Of a DNA stretch of 64,000 bases, positions 40,501 to 52,241 are shown in pieces; within the stretch, counting starts at the first letter, position 1, and each line of letters starts with the position of its first letter. The position numbers and the translations under genes are program-made. The notes below the pieces were generated by a model. It did no database searches. It was not told the origin of the DNA and was given only the letters and a program-made list of their open reading frames with translations. Source of the DNA: Mizuhopecten yessoensis (lineage: Eukaryota); assembly GCF_002113885.1 (NCBI RefSeq), contig NW_018408633.1, positions 71,249-135,248 on the forward strand. The letters are read 5' to 3'.

Positions 40501-43095
40501 ATGATACTGATTTCAGTGAAGATCCGAAGGTTAGAGTAACCAGGTTGCAGACTCGGGACGCAGATGATGCTGATTTCATTGAAGATCCGAACGTTGGAGT
40601 AACCAGGTTGCAGACTCGGGACACTGGTGATACTGATTTCAGTGAAGATCCGAAGGTTAGAGTAACCAGGTTGCAGACTCGGGACGCAGAGGATACTGAT
40701 TTCAGTGAAGATCCAAAGGTTAGAGTAACCATGTTGCAGACTCGGGATGCAGGTGATGCTGATTTCAGTGAAGATCCTAAGGTTAGAGTAACCAGGTTGC
40801 AGACTCCGGACGCAGATGAAGCTGATTTCAGTGAAGATCCGAAGGTTAGAGTAACCAGGTTGCAGACTCCGGACGCAGATGATGCTGATTTCAGTGAAGA
40901 TCCGAAGGTTAGAGTACCCAGGTTGCAGACTCGGGACGCAGATGATGCTGATTTCAGTGAAGATAAGAAGGTTAGAGTAACTAGGTTGCAGACCCGGGAG
41001 GCAAATGATGCTGATTTTAGCGAAGATCCGAAGGTTAGAGTAACCAGGTTGCAGACTCGGGACGCAAATGATACTGATTTCAGTGAAGATCCGAAGGTAA
41101 GAGTAACCAGGTTGCAGACTCGGGATGCAGATGATGCTGATTTCAGTGAAGATCCGAACGTTCGAGTCACCAGGTTGCAGACTCGGGACGCAGATGAAGC
41201 TGATTTAACTGAAGATCCTAAGGTTAGAGTAACCAGGTTGCAGACTCGGGACGCTGATGATGCTGATTTCAGTGAAGATCCGAACGTTAGAGTCACCAGG
41301 TTGCAGACTCGGGATGCAGATGAAACTGATTTCAGTGAGGATCCGAAGGTTAGAGTAACCAGGTTGCAGACTCGGGACGCAGATCATGCTGATTTCAGTG
41401 AAGATCCGAAGGTTAGAGTCACCAGGTTGCAGTCTCGGGACGCAGATGATGCTGATTTCAGTGAAGATAAGAAGGTTAGAGTAACCAGGTTGCAGACTCG
41501 GGACGCAGATGATGCTGATTTCAGTGAAGATCCGAAGGTTAGAGTCACCAGGTTGCAGTCTCGGGACGCAGATGATGCTGATTTCAGTGAAGATCCGAAC
41601 GTTAGAGTAACCAGGTTGCAGACCCGGGAGGCAGATGATGCTGATTTTAGCGAAGATGCGAAGGTTGTAGTAACCAGGTTGCAAACTCGGGACGTAGATG
41701 TAGCTGATTTCAGTGAAGATTCGAAGGGTAGAGTAACCAGGTTTCAGATTCGGGACGCTGATGACTTTGTTTATGATAGAGATCCAAATGTTGAAGCAAA
41801 CAGGTTACAGATTCGAGACGCTGACTATGTTGATATTAGTAAAGATCCCAATAACAAAACAACAAAGAAAACAATAAAAGCTGCTCATAAAGCTGGATTT
41901 AGTGACCTTTCAAACCGAAATATCTCTGAAAAACTTTTTATGACGGCCATGAACGCCGAGCAGTCAAGAGAAAATGGAAATCATCAAGATGTAAAAGAAG
42001 CTTCTTACAACGGGATGTGTTTATTCCAAAGGAAATCGTTTTATGATGACTTTCAAGATACTGTAGGCTGGTTGTCCGAAGTGAAAGCGGTTTCAAGGCG
42101 TCATATACCAGAAAATGCGATGACATTCTTGGACTAATGGAACGAATTCTTGCCTCTGATATCGCATGTGGACAGATCAATGTCCCCTACTATGAAAACG
42201 CTCTCAATCAAATCTTCCCTTCATGGTATGAGCTTAACAAACGCGTTTGTAAATGCATTTTGGCCATTTAATCATAAGATCTCAAGATTTAACCAACTGT
42301 TAGGGTTAACGGTGTTCTCTTCTACGTCTAAAGAAGAAGCGACGAAGGTAGCGTTCTTTAAGCATTTATCACATTACCAGATGATTGAAATTCCAGTCGA
42401 GGAACACAAGGTAGTCTACAGTTTCGATGACCCTGCGCTTGTTGACGGTCTCAATAGGTCAACGTTAGTTGACTTTAGTGAAGAATACGTCACAGCTGGC
42501 AACCACACCTTCAGTGGGGAAGAACAGGAACAAATTATAAAAAATGTGGATGAAGCATTTGGATTGATTCAACAAGTATCACCTGGTTTACACAAGGCCA
42601 TAGTACAGTTAGTCGGCTGCATTGCGTTTTACAAGGCAGAGACACGATATTATGCGGGTGGAACAGTCAGTTCTGCTCTTGGCGTCATATGGATGGATCC
42701 CAGTGCTAGAAAAAGAATGGGTTGTTCCCTTTTACGCAGAACAAATAGTTCATGAATTCATACACACGTCTCTCTTCTACGCTGAACTTGTTCATGGAAC
42801 GTACACGGACCATGCTAACCTGAAAAAGGCTCAGGTGAAATCCTCAATTCGACGACAGCTAAGGGATTATGACAAAGCCTTCCATGCCGCCTACGTCTCA
42901 ACTGGTCTGGTGACCTTCCACACAAGGGCGGGATATATGAAGCGCGCTACACAACTAGCTATGAACTTACGTTCCAGCATTGACGATTTGGAGAAAGTTG
43001 GCATGGAAACACGAATCCTAAACGAGTCTGGAGTGGCAATGTTGCAATCTTTAGTTGATATGTTGGAAATGACTCGAATTGAACGCATGGAATAA
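37514..43095 (+). CDS. Exon 2: ~60-65 tandem 21-aa acidic repeats fused to a C-terminal aKG-HExxH-type peptide-modifying (beta-hydroxylase-like) domain; frame disrupted in this copy
   Basis: Acceptor ttatttttcag|GT AGT TTC continues the exon-1 frame. ORFs 37486, 38320, 38556, 38956 and 39144 encode the same repeat. ORF 42150 is in frame with ORF 39144 behind one TAA (42135), and ORF 42622 joins it via a one-base shift in an A5 run (42710-42714). Stop at 43093; AATAAA at 43137. Confidence 0.8.
37681..41760 (+). repeat. 63-bp coding tandem repeat (LQTRDADDADFSEDPKVRVTR), ~60-65 copies
   Basis: Unit ttgcagactcgggacgcagatgatgctgatttcagtgaagatccgaaggttagagtaaccagg. Diverged in-frame copies occur at both edges. 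Confidence 0.97.
42272..43095 (+). CDS. aKG-HExxH family domain (HEXXH-motif peptide modification protein, putative Fe/2-oxoglutarate beta-hydroxylase)
   Basis: ...AFGLIQQVSPGLHKAIVQLV...GGTVSSALGVIWMDP...EWVVPFYAEQIVHEFIHTSLF (HEFIH at 42751-42765)...VKSSIRRQLRDYDKAFHAAYV (third His at 42883). Motif order and spacing match bacterial HExxH RiPP-modifying proteins. Recognised by eye, not by database search. Confidence 0.78.
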
Positions 43096-43450
43096 ACGGA
43101 TTTAAAGTTGTGTGCATTTTTAACTCGGTTCCTGTCAATAAAATACACAGAAGGGTTGTAGTATGACGAAACTGTGTTATTTGAGAAAAGGTATTAACTT
43201 CATCTTATACGTATCAATCGTATATTTTTGCTGAGGTAAATATGAGGTTATGTTGACCTGATTAAGCGATTATGACCTCCAATTTGTCACGGTCAATATT
43301 ACTGTTCAGATGCACGTAACCACATATTCAACAGAACAACATCCTTGATTCAAACATCAGATGGAATATATTATTAAAATAAAATTCATTATACTGAATG
43401 TACATCTGTAGCAGAGTGCACTGTAAAGTTACAATTATAAATGTGCCTTA

Positions 43451-44539
43451 GGTTCCACAGGTCCCCTAAAAGATGTAATAGTCACCCTAAATTTCAGCCC
43501 CCCGGCAAGTCATATTAAAAAAACGGAATATATATATATGTAATTTAATATATTGAACTTGTACATGATATATCAAAAAGGTACTTAACCAAGTTAACGA
43601 AGTCAAAATACGGCATTAAGGCTGATATAATGATAAACGTTGCTAACAAGATTTATAAAATGTCAATCTCTTAAGCGACCCAACTGAATGTTACGAAGTG
43701 ACTTGTTATTTGAAGATCATTTATAAACCTAGGTCATGCGGGGCTGTATCTCTCTTTAACCATGGGGGAGATGTATAGCGGCCTCACAAGAAAATGATTG
43801 TTGCTATAGGAAAGTACAAAAATCATAGTAAAACGTCCGCGTAACAAATTTTACCGGTATAAACGTGTAAAACCATAGACCTTTGACCATAAACACTACT
43901 TAAACTTCATATAAATGCCCTTTGTTAACATTCAATGTTTTTATAAAAGAGCTAGAAGTGTTACATGTATAAGCATTATTGTACTTTTCAGCTTCAACTT
44001 TTAAACATGTCTAGCGCATTCCTATAATCAAAGAATATTATCAAATGGCAGATCATTTAAAGTTCATTTATCTATCAATGTTATTTAGCCTTTGTTTTCT
44101 TATTTATAAATTGCTAGAAAGCATTACCAGGCGATTTTACTATGATTCTATTGGTTTCGTATTGCAACATCAATCTTTATTTGAGGTCGGAATTCCTCTA
44201 AACAGCTAGTAGAAGAGAAATAGAGCTCCACATGACCTGGAATATAAATAAACTTTAAATTATGGGTCATTTCTCAGCACTGAGTTGAATCGTAAAAGAA
44301 ATTGACATGTTTTTTAAGTCCAGTGATATATTTTTATGAAGACATAAGCCTTAATGCCTTATTTTTGACTACGTTAACCTGGCTATGTATTTTGTGTATA
44401 GCCAATGTACAAGTTTAATATATACAAATAAAAGTGTTACATATATAAGTTCCGATTTTTAATTGAGGTCTTTGAACACTTTTTATCAGAGGGTTGACAT
44501 TTTAGGTGACTACAGAATCTTTTAGGGGCTTGTTGAACC
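43451..44539. mobile_element. MITE with long (~200 bp) imperfect TIRs and TTAA-like flanks (Kolobok-like)
   Basis: ggttccacaggtcccctaaaaga...aacttgtaca...ggcattaaggct is mirrored by agccttaatgcc...tgtacaagtt...tcttttaggggcttgttgaacc|ttaa. Confidence 0.65.
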
Positions 44540-44769
44540 TTAATAAAGATGCGTCTAAATAAATAACATCGAGACAACATCAAAAATCGACAACCTTCAC
44601 GTGATCTTATTCTGACCAATCAGAATGTAGATCATTCTATATGGAAAGCAGATCAATACAAACAAGATCAACACATCAATGTGCAAGAAAGAGTAGGTAG
44701 TTATATAGATTATTTTCAGTTTATCAGTATACAAGTCTGATACATGATTTTCAGTTTTAGAGTCTTCAT

Positions 44770-46637
44770 GGTCAGTGCTTGTCAATATACAGACATACGG
44801 TCCTTGTCAATGTGTATCAATATATAGACATACGGTCCTTGTCAGTGTTTATCAATATATAGAAATACGGTCCTGGTCAGTGTTTATCAATGTATAGACA
44901 CACGGTCCTTGTCAGTGTTTATCAATATATAGACATACGGTCCTGGTCAGTGTGTATCAATATATAGACATACGGACCTTGTCAGTGTGTATAAATATAT
45001 AGACATACGGTCCTGGGCAGTGTTTATTAATATATAGACATACGGTCCTGGTCAGTGTGTATCAATATATAGACATACGGTCCTGGGCAGTGTTTATTAA
45101 TATCTAGACATACGGTCCTGGTCAGTGTTTATCAATATATAGACATACGGTCCTGGGCAGTGTTTATTAATATATAGACATACGGTCCTGGTCAGTGTTT
45201 ATCAATATATAGACATACGGTCCTGGTCAGTGTTTATCAATATATAGACATACGGTCCTGGTCAATGTTTATAAATATATAGACATACGGTCCTGGTCAG
45301 TGTTTATTAGTATATAGACATACAGTCCTTGTCAGTGTTTATCAATATATAGACATACGGTCCTGGTCAGTGTTTATCAATATAAAGACATACGGTCCTG
45401 GTCAGTGTTTACCAATATATAGACATAAGGTCCTGGTCAATGTTTATAAATATCTAGACATACGGTCCTGGTCAGTGTTCACCTGTATCAATATATAGAC
45501 ATACGGTTCTGGTCAGTGTTTACCTGTATCAATATATAGACATACGGCCCTGGTCAGTGTTTATCAATATATAGTCATACGGTCCTCGTAAGTGTTTATC
45601 AATATATAGACATAAGGTCCTGGTCAATGTTTATAAATATCTAGACATACGGTCCTGGTCAGTGTTTATGAATATATAGACATACGGTCCTGGTCAGTGT
45701 TTATCAATATATAGACAGCCGGTCCTTGTCAGTGTTTTTCAATATATAGACATACGGTCCTGGTCAGTGTTTATCAATATATAGACTGGTCAGTGTTTAT
45801 CAACATATAGACATACGGTCCCTGTCAGTGTTTATCAATATCTAGACATACGGTCCTGGGCAGTGTTTATCAATATATAGTCAGCCGGTCCTTGTCAGTG
45901 TTTTTCAATATATAGACATACGGGGGGGGTCAGTGTTTATCAATGTATAGACATACGGTCCTCGTCAATTGATATACGGTCCTGGTCAGTTTTTATCAAT
46001 ATATAGATATACGTTCCTGGTCAGTGTTTATAAATATATAGACATACGGTCCTGGTCAGTGTTTATCAATATATAGATATACGGTCCTGGTCAGTGTTTA
46101 TCAATATATAGACACACGGTCCTGGTCAGTGTTTATCAATATATAGACATACGGTCCTTGTCTAGACACACGGTCCTGGTCAGTGTTTATCAATATAGAG
46201 ACATATGGTCCTGGTCAGTGTTTATGAATATAAAGACATGCGGTCCTTGTCAGTGTTTATGAATACTGGTCAGTGTTTATCAATATATAGACATAAGGTA
46301 CTTGTCAGTGTTTATCTATAGACATACGGTACTTGTCAATGTGTATCAATATATAGACATACGTTCCTTGTCAGTGTTTATCAATATATAGGCATACGGT
46401 CCTGGTCAGTGTTTATCAATATATAGACATAAGGTCCTTGTCAGTGTTTATCTATAGACATACGGTCCTTGTCAATGTGTATCAATATATAGACATACGG
46501 TCCTTGTCAGTGTTTATCAATATATAGACATACGGTCCTGGTTAATGTTCACATGTATCAATATATAGACAGAGGGACCTGGTCAGTGTTTATCAATTTA
46601 TAGACATACGGTCCTGGGCAGTGTTTATCAATATATA
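44770..46637. repeat. 35-bp minisatellite (family B), left block
   Basis: Unit gtcagtgtttatcaatatatagacatacggtcctg. Confidence 0.95.
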
Positions 46638-47304
46638 TTTACATTTGGTGTGGCAAAGCCCTTCTTTATTACTACTAAAGTACTGCCAATAGCAGCTTCA
46701 TCTTATGAGACTATAACTGAAGTTGGTCTTTGCACCTCCGAGCGACTTAACAGTGTCACTACCGAACTTATCGGTATCTCCTGCTTTGATCCCTAACACC
46801 AGCTGCCTGTCTCAAGTGTCTGTGTGATCAACAAACAATTTTACGCCTGGATTTTTCACCAATTCAACCTTCTCCGGTTGCACGATCAACATCAACAACA
46901 TGCCGGACCGCAAATAGTACTCTGACCTGATTACTGCGGGCTTCCGTTGAGTGCGTGCGCCGGATATAGGTCGCAATAAAATCGGAAAATGTTTTACGAC
47001 ACTTGATTAGTTACTTACAAAATGTCATTTGTTACTATTTATGAATCGAGAATATGATATATATATAAATCAAAATCAAATGAATTATTAACGAAAGTTG
47101 CGGAGTATTTTCAATTTTGTATGGGAAATAGCGCATGACGTCAGCTGTTTTCTTTGTGCCGTTCTAGATACTGACCTGACCTGACAGTAATAAGAGGGAA
47201 ATTTGAAATTTGGAAAAGACATATTTTTTTTGGGCGAATTCTCATTATGGAAATATAAATATAAGCAATAAACTGCATAGATGTGGCAGTTATACCAGTA
47301 TGCC

Positions 47305-48255
47305 TGTATCAATATATAGACATATGGTCCTGGCCAGTGTTTATCAATATATAGACATAAGGTCCTGGTCAGTGTTTATCCATATATAGACATACGGTCC
47401 TGGTCAGTGTTTACTTGTATCAATGTCTCGACATACGGTCCTGGTCAGTGTTTACTTGTATCAATGTCTCGACATACGGTCCTGGTCAGTGTTTACCTGT
47501 ATCAGTATATAGACATACGGTCCTGGTCAGTGTTTATCACTATAATTACATAAGGTCCTGGTCAGTGTTTATCCATATATAGACATACGGTCCTGGTCAA
47601 TGTTTATCAATATATAGACATATTGTCCTGGTTAGTTTTTATCAATATATAGACATACGGTCCTGGTCAGTGTTTATCAATATATAGACATATTGTCCTG
47701 GTTAGTTTTTATCAATATATAGATATACGGTCCTGGTCAGTGTTTATCAATATATAGACATACGGTCCTTGTCAGTGTTTATGAATATATAGACATATGG
47801 TCCTGGTCAGTGTTTATCAATATATAGACATACGGTCTGGTCAGTGTTTATCAATATATAGACATATGGTTCTGGTTAGTTTTTATCAATATATTGTCCT
47901 GGTCAGTGTTTATCAATATATAGACATATGGTCCTGGTCAGTGTTTATGAATATATAGACATACGGTCCTTGTCAGTGTTTATGAATATATAGACATACG
48001 GTCCTCGTCAGTGTTTATGAATATATAGACATATTGTCCTGGTCAGTGTTTATCAATATATTGTCCTGGTCAGTGTTTATCAATATATAGACATATGGTC
48101 CTGGTCAGTGTTTATGAATATAAAGACATGCGGTCCTTGTCAGTGTTTATGAATATATAGACATATGGTCCTGGTCAGTGTTTATCAATATATAGACAGA
48201 GGGACCTGGTCAGTTTTTATGAATATATAGACATATGGTCCTGGTCAGTGTTTTT
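47305..48255. repeat. 35-bp minisatellite (family B), right block
   Basis: The same unit resumes after a ~670-bp unique insertion. Confidence 0.95.
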
Positions 48256-48289
48256 TTGCACTAAACACACATGATAAAAAATAAAACGA

Positions 48290-48590
48290 TTCACATCGAC
48301 TCCCTACGTTGCTACAGAAAGTTAGGTAATTCGTTCCAAATTTGGCTGCCTGATACAACAAAACTATTTGCATAAAATTTGGTACGGTGTTTTGGTATCT
48401 GTAAAAGATGGTTTTGGCTTGATCTTGTACGTCTGGTATGAACATCAGACAATAATTCAAAAACATTGCACAGAAATCCCCGGACAAGATGATTTAAACA
48501 ATTGTACACCACTGTACCTCTCCCAAGTAGATACGAACCACCTATTACAACTTTTACAAAAATTGTAACGGGATGAGCGATTTGCTGATT
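48290..48590 (-). mobile_element. L2/CR1-like LINE ORF2 C-terminal fragment
   Basis: VYNCLNHLV...HTRRTRSSQNHLLQIPKHRTKFYANSFVVSGSQIWNELP. Confidence 0.75.
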
Positions 48591-49329
48591 AAGATAAGAA
48601 ATAAAACAAATTGAATTACACTATATACAACTTTATATAAAAACATATAACACCATTGTTTACATAAACATAGCACTCTCTCTCGCTCACTTGCACACTT
48701 TTCATAAATACATAATAATCACATCGGGTACCAATATTGCACCAATTACTACATTGTAAAACCTAAACAATAACAGCATAGGCAGTATTCTACTCAATGT
48801 AGTCAAGTATTGCACGGCTGGCTATAATCGAGTAGGCTGTAATCTACCCCGATCAACACACAATGCTGTACAGTGTTCAAGTTACAAGTGGTCTGCAATC
48901 CACTGAACCATTTGCCACCACTAAACACAAAGTCATCAGGCACCAACAACAAACTCCGTTTCTGTTACATCTGTCCACTGTGTTCACCACTCAGACCTTT
49001 CCTCCGTCACCGGACCGACCAACATCTGTCCGTGAGAGACGTCCGTCGTCAGACGTGCTTCTGTCTTGAACACAGGACCGGCATCCGTCCGTGATAGGGG
49101 TTCAAATGAAATTTTCTGTGCTTGTTTATAATACTACATTGATTGCAGTATTATTGAAATAATTACTATTTCACTTAAAATTAATATTGTATATACATTT
49201 GAAAATGGTGTTTTGTTCCAATTTTTTCAAGTACACGGGCCTCCCTTCCATTTAGTGGCCATTCATAGAAAAAAAAAGTTTTTGTTTTAGTTTTTGTTTT
49301 AGCGACTTCATTGTCAACTGTTTAAAAAC

Positions 49330-50620
49330 TTTATGCTCACATATATATGCCTCTGTTGAAAACGAAGGTCTTTTCTCCACTCTTTTCCAAGTAACACGCA
49401 CAGTACGACAGGGTGATCCTTTGTTTCCATATCGTTTTGTTATTTGTATTGAATTACTAAGTGCAACAATAAAATATTACCCTGATGTCAAGGGCACAAT
49501 TTTAAATAATTCTGAATATCTTATAAGCCAGTACGCAGATGACTCAATATTGATGTTTGATGATGATGCAAGGTCCTTAACTAAAGCATTATATGTGATC
49601 GAGAACTGTGGAGAATGTTCTGGTCTAAAAACCAATTTTGATAAGTCATACGCTGTATGGATTGGGATAAAACGGGGCTGCGGGGAAGATATTGAAACGG
49701 AGCATATTTTATCCTGGAATTATTAAGGGAAATTTAAGCTTTTAGGGGTAAGATATGATTTATCTAAAGATGATATTTATAAATATAATTTTATAGAAAC
49801 ATTTAAGTCACTAGAGTCACTTCTCTCAGATTGGTGTTTTAGGAATATTTCTATCATTGGGAGAGTGAATTTTATCAAAACATTAGTATTTCCTATTATT
49901 GTACAAATACTAACTGTCATTCTTAGTCCACATGTTAAGATCCTAAAATTCAATTTTTTTTTTTTTTTTTTTCATTTTTTGTGGAATAGTAAAGTTGATA
50001 AACTCAAAAGGAATCTTTAAATTGGTGATATTAAAGATGGAGGTTTGAAAGTTCCGGATATTTTTTCTTATAGTAAATCATTAAAACTAATATGAATAAA
50101 GAAATGTTTGGATCCAAGTTATCATGCTGATTGGAAAAAACTTAAGTGATGATATAAAGCATGTAAGAGGAGATTAAATATGGAGCTTAACAAAAACATG
50201 GACTAGAGGAAATAGTTAAAAAGGTATAATTTTAGGAAATTTTGGAAGGAAATTATGTCTATTTGGGGAATCTTTACGCACTTTTCCCAACAGCCCCAGA
50301 AAACGTTCTCTCTTGGCCTCTATGGTTTAATAAAGAAATAAAAGTTAATAAAAAAAACTATCTTCTACAAAAATCTGTGTAATGAAGGCATCTTTTATGT
50401 TAAAGACGTGGTAGATGATCACGGAGATAGTATGTCTTTGAATAGCCTTATTAAGAAATACCGAGTAAATATCAATTTCATGAACTATAATGGTATTATT
50501 AGTGCCATACCAAGAGGCTGGAAGAGAATGAACACCAATTATGGGGAAAATATTGAAAATTTTCTACATAATAATTTGAGGTAACTGAAAAATATTGAAA
50601 ACCGTCTAAGTATTTCTATC
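49330..50620 (+). mobile_element. Degenerate L1/Tx1-clade LINE reverse transcriptase fragment
   Basis: VRQGDPLFPYRFVICIELL...ISQYADDS...SGLKTNFDKS, followed by stop-containing downstream ORF2 sequence. Confidence 0.85.
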
Positions 50621-51639
50621 ATACAGATTGTATGATACTGTTCCTGGTGTATATGGTGCCTTCACTACCGTCACACACTTCCTGTTAAAATGTATCAAAA
50701 GAGAGTTGACTGCCAACCATTCGCTATAAGATGATACTGATCAGTTGGTATCTCATCCTATTTAATGTCGTCCTGTATATCGTCGTACCTGTCCGATCGG
50801 AGTTACGCAAGGCCACGTTCTCCTTACGGACCGACTGTAGAAACAGGATCCTTCTCCCACAGAACACAGCAGCGGTAATAGATATCACGTCCAAAACTGG
50901 AGTGTTTTGTTTCTTTTCTAGACGACAACTCCTGTTTAAACGTCGAATTTCTCAAATCCTCACATTTAACGTGTAACCATGGTAACGTGACTCTGTCCGA
51001 AAGTTGTGAACCAAGCAGGGCATAAACCGAGCTGACGTTAATACTGGGCAATGTAGGTGACGGAATTGTAAAAGGATGAGTGTCTATAAGGCCCTTTTTG
51101 GGGCCCCGGTACATTCAGATTTTCACCTCCTTAATTTGTTCAAAGATGACCTACTGTATTACATGTGCAAAAACTAAGGTAAATGTTTTACCGAAAGTGG
51201 GTGTTTGGGGGTACCAAAAGGGGTAGGGTAAATCACAAATATAATTTGCTGTTTTTAAAACGATCTTAAAATCCCAAATCGTAGCATTTCTGTGATTTAA
51301 AACATGTCTAAATTGAACAGGCATATCTAAAAGAATGAAAAATAATAGAAATTAAATTGTCAATTAAAGATTGATTATATAAAACGGAGAATTAAGTCAG
51401 GGGGTAATTTTAGGTAATTTTTCTAATGAAAATTATTTTGTTTTCTCAATAATTTCCTTTCTAATTTATATTTTGGGTTGAAATTTACAACTTTACTCAT
51501 TTGAGTACACTTACATAAAATGCATATTCACTTCACACTTTCCTTTTGTTTTATACTGAGATATGGCTTCTGGACCCATCTCAAACTTGGCAGTTTCAAA
51601 TAACTCTCAATCTATAGTGAATTAAAAGGTGAAGGACAC

Positions 51640-52241
51640 CCTGCAGCATGAATCTGGATTTCCTCTTCAATACCGAGTTCCGTCTTGATGAATTCCTCGG
51701 TGTCTTCATCACGGTCAACATCTGGGATTCCTCCAAATAACAGGTTGTCCTTCATCGATCGTGTTTGGATCTCGAGTATCTGATCTTTCAGTAAGTGATT
51801 TTCTTCTCGTACCTCATCCCGTTCCAGTTCCACTTTGCTGACTCTCTCTTCCAGAATGGCATGGTCGAAATCCGCACCCATAAGCTGTTCACTGTGTGTT
51901 TTAAGTTCACGTTTAACTTCTGATAACGAGCTCTCGATACTACTAAACTTGGCCTCCATGACACTGAGTCTAGACATAATTTGATCCCGTGTATCCAGCT
52001 TAGTTAACCTTGGAAATATTTCTCGGAGAATTTGATCGCTGAAGTGTGAGGAAATGGTGTCAGGAGTGGGTGAGGTTGCCTGAGGGAACATCAACTTAGG
52101 ATTCGCAGGGGCACTAGGGAATATACACCTCTGCATAGGGTACTGCATGGCAGGTTGAAAAAAGGGTTGCGTGACGGCCACATTACCATGTGGGGTACCA
52201 TAGAGCTCGTTATACGTCCCAAGGCAAACACAACACAACAC
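51640..52241 (-). mobile_element. LINE ORF1-like fragment (coiled coil plus start of L1-type RRM)
   Basis: Coiled coil RLSVMEAKFSSIESSLSEVKRELK...LEERVSKVELE, followed by QTRSMKDNLLFGGIP and EEFIKTELGI. Truncated. Confidence 0.75.

Noticed and set aside
39131-41296. 721-aa minus-strand ORF (also 37566-38138 and 41205-41684)
   Set aside because: Antisense shadow of the 63-bp repeat. The plus strand has the signal exon, splice sites and downstream domain.
42751-42765. HEFIH as a zincin metalloprotease site
   Set aside because: No HExxHxxGxxH extension or Met-turn. The flanking GG..S..GVIW, RxxxR and distal His pattern fits aKG-HExxH better. Not fully excluded without a profile search.
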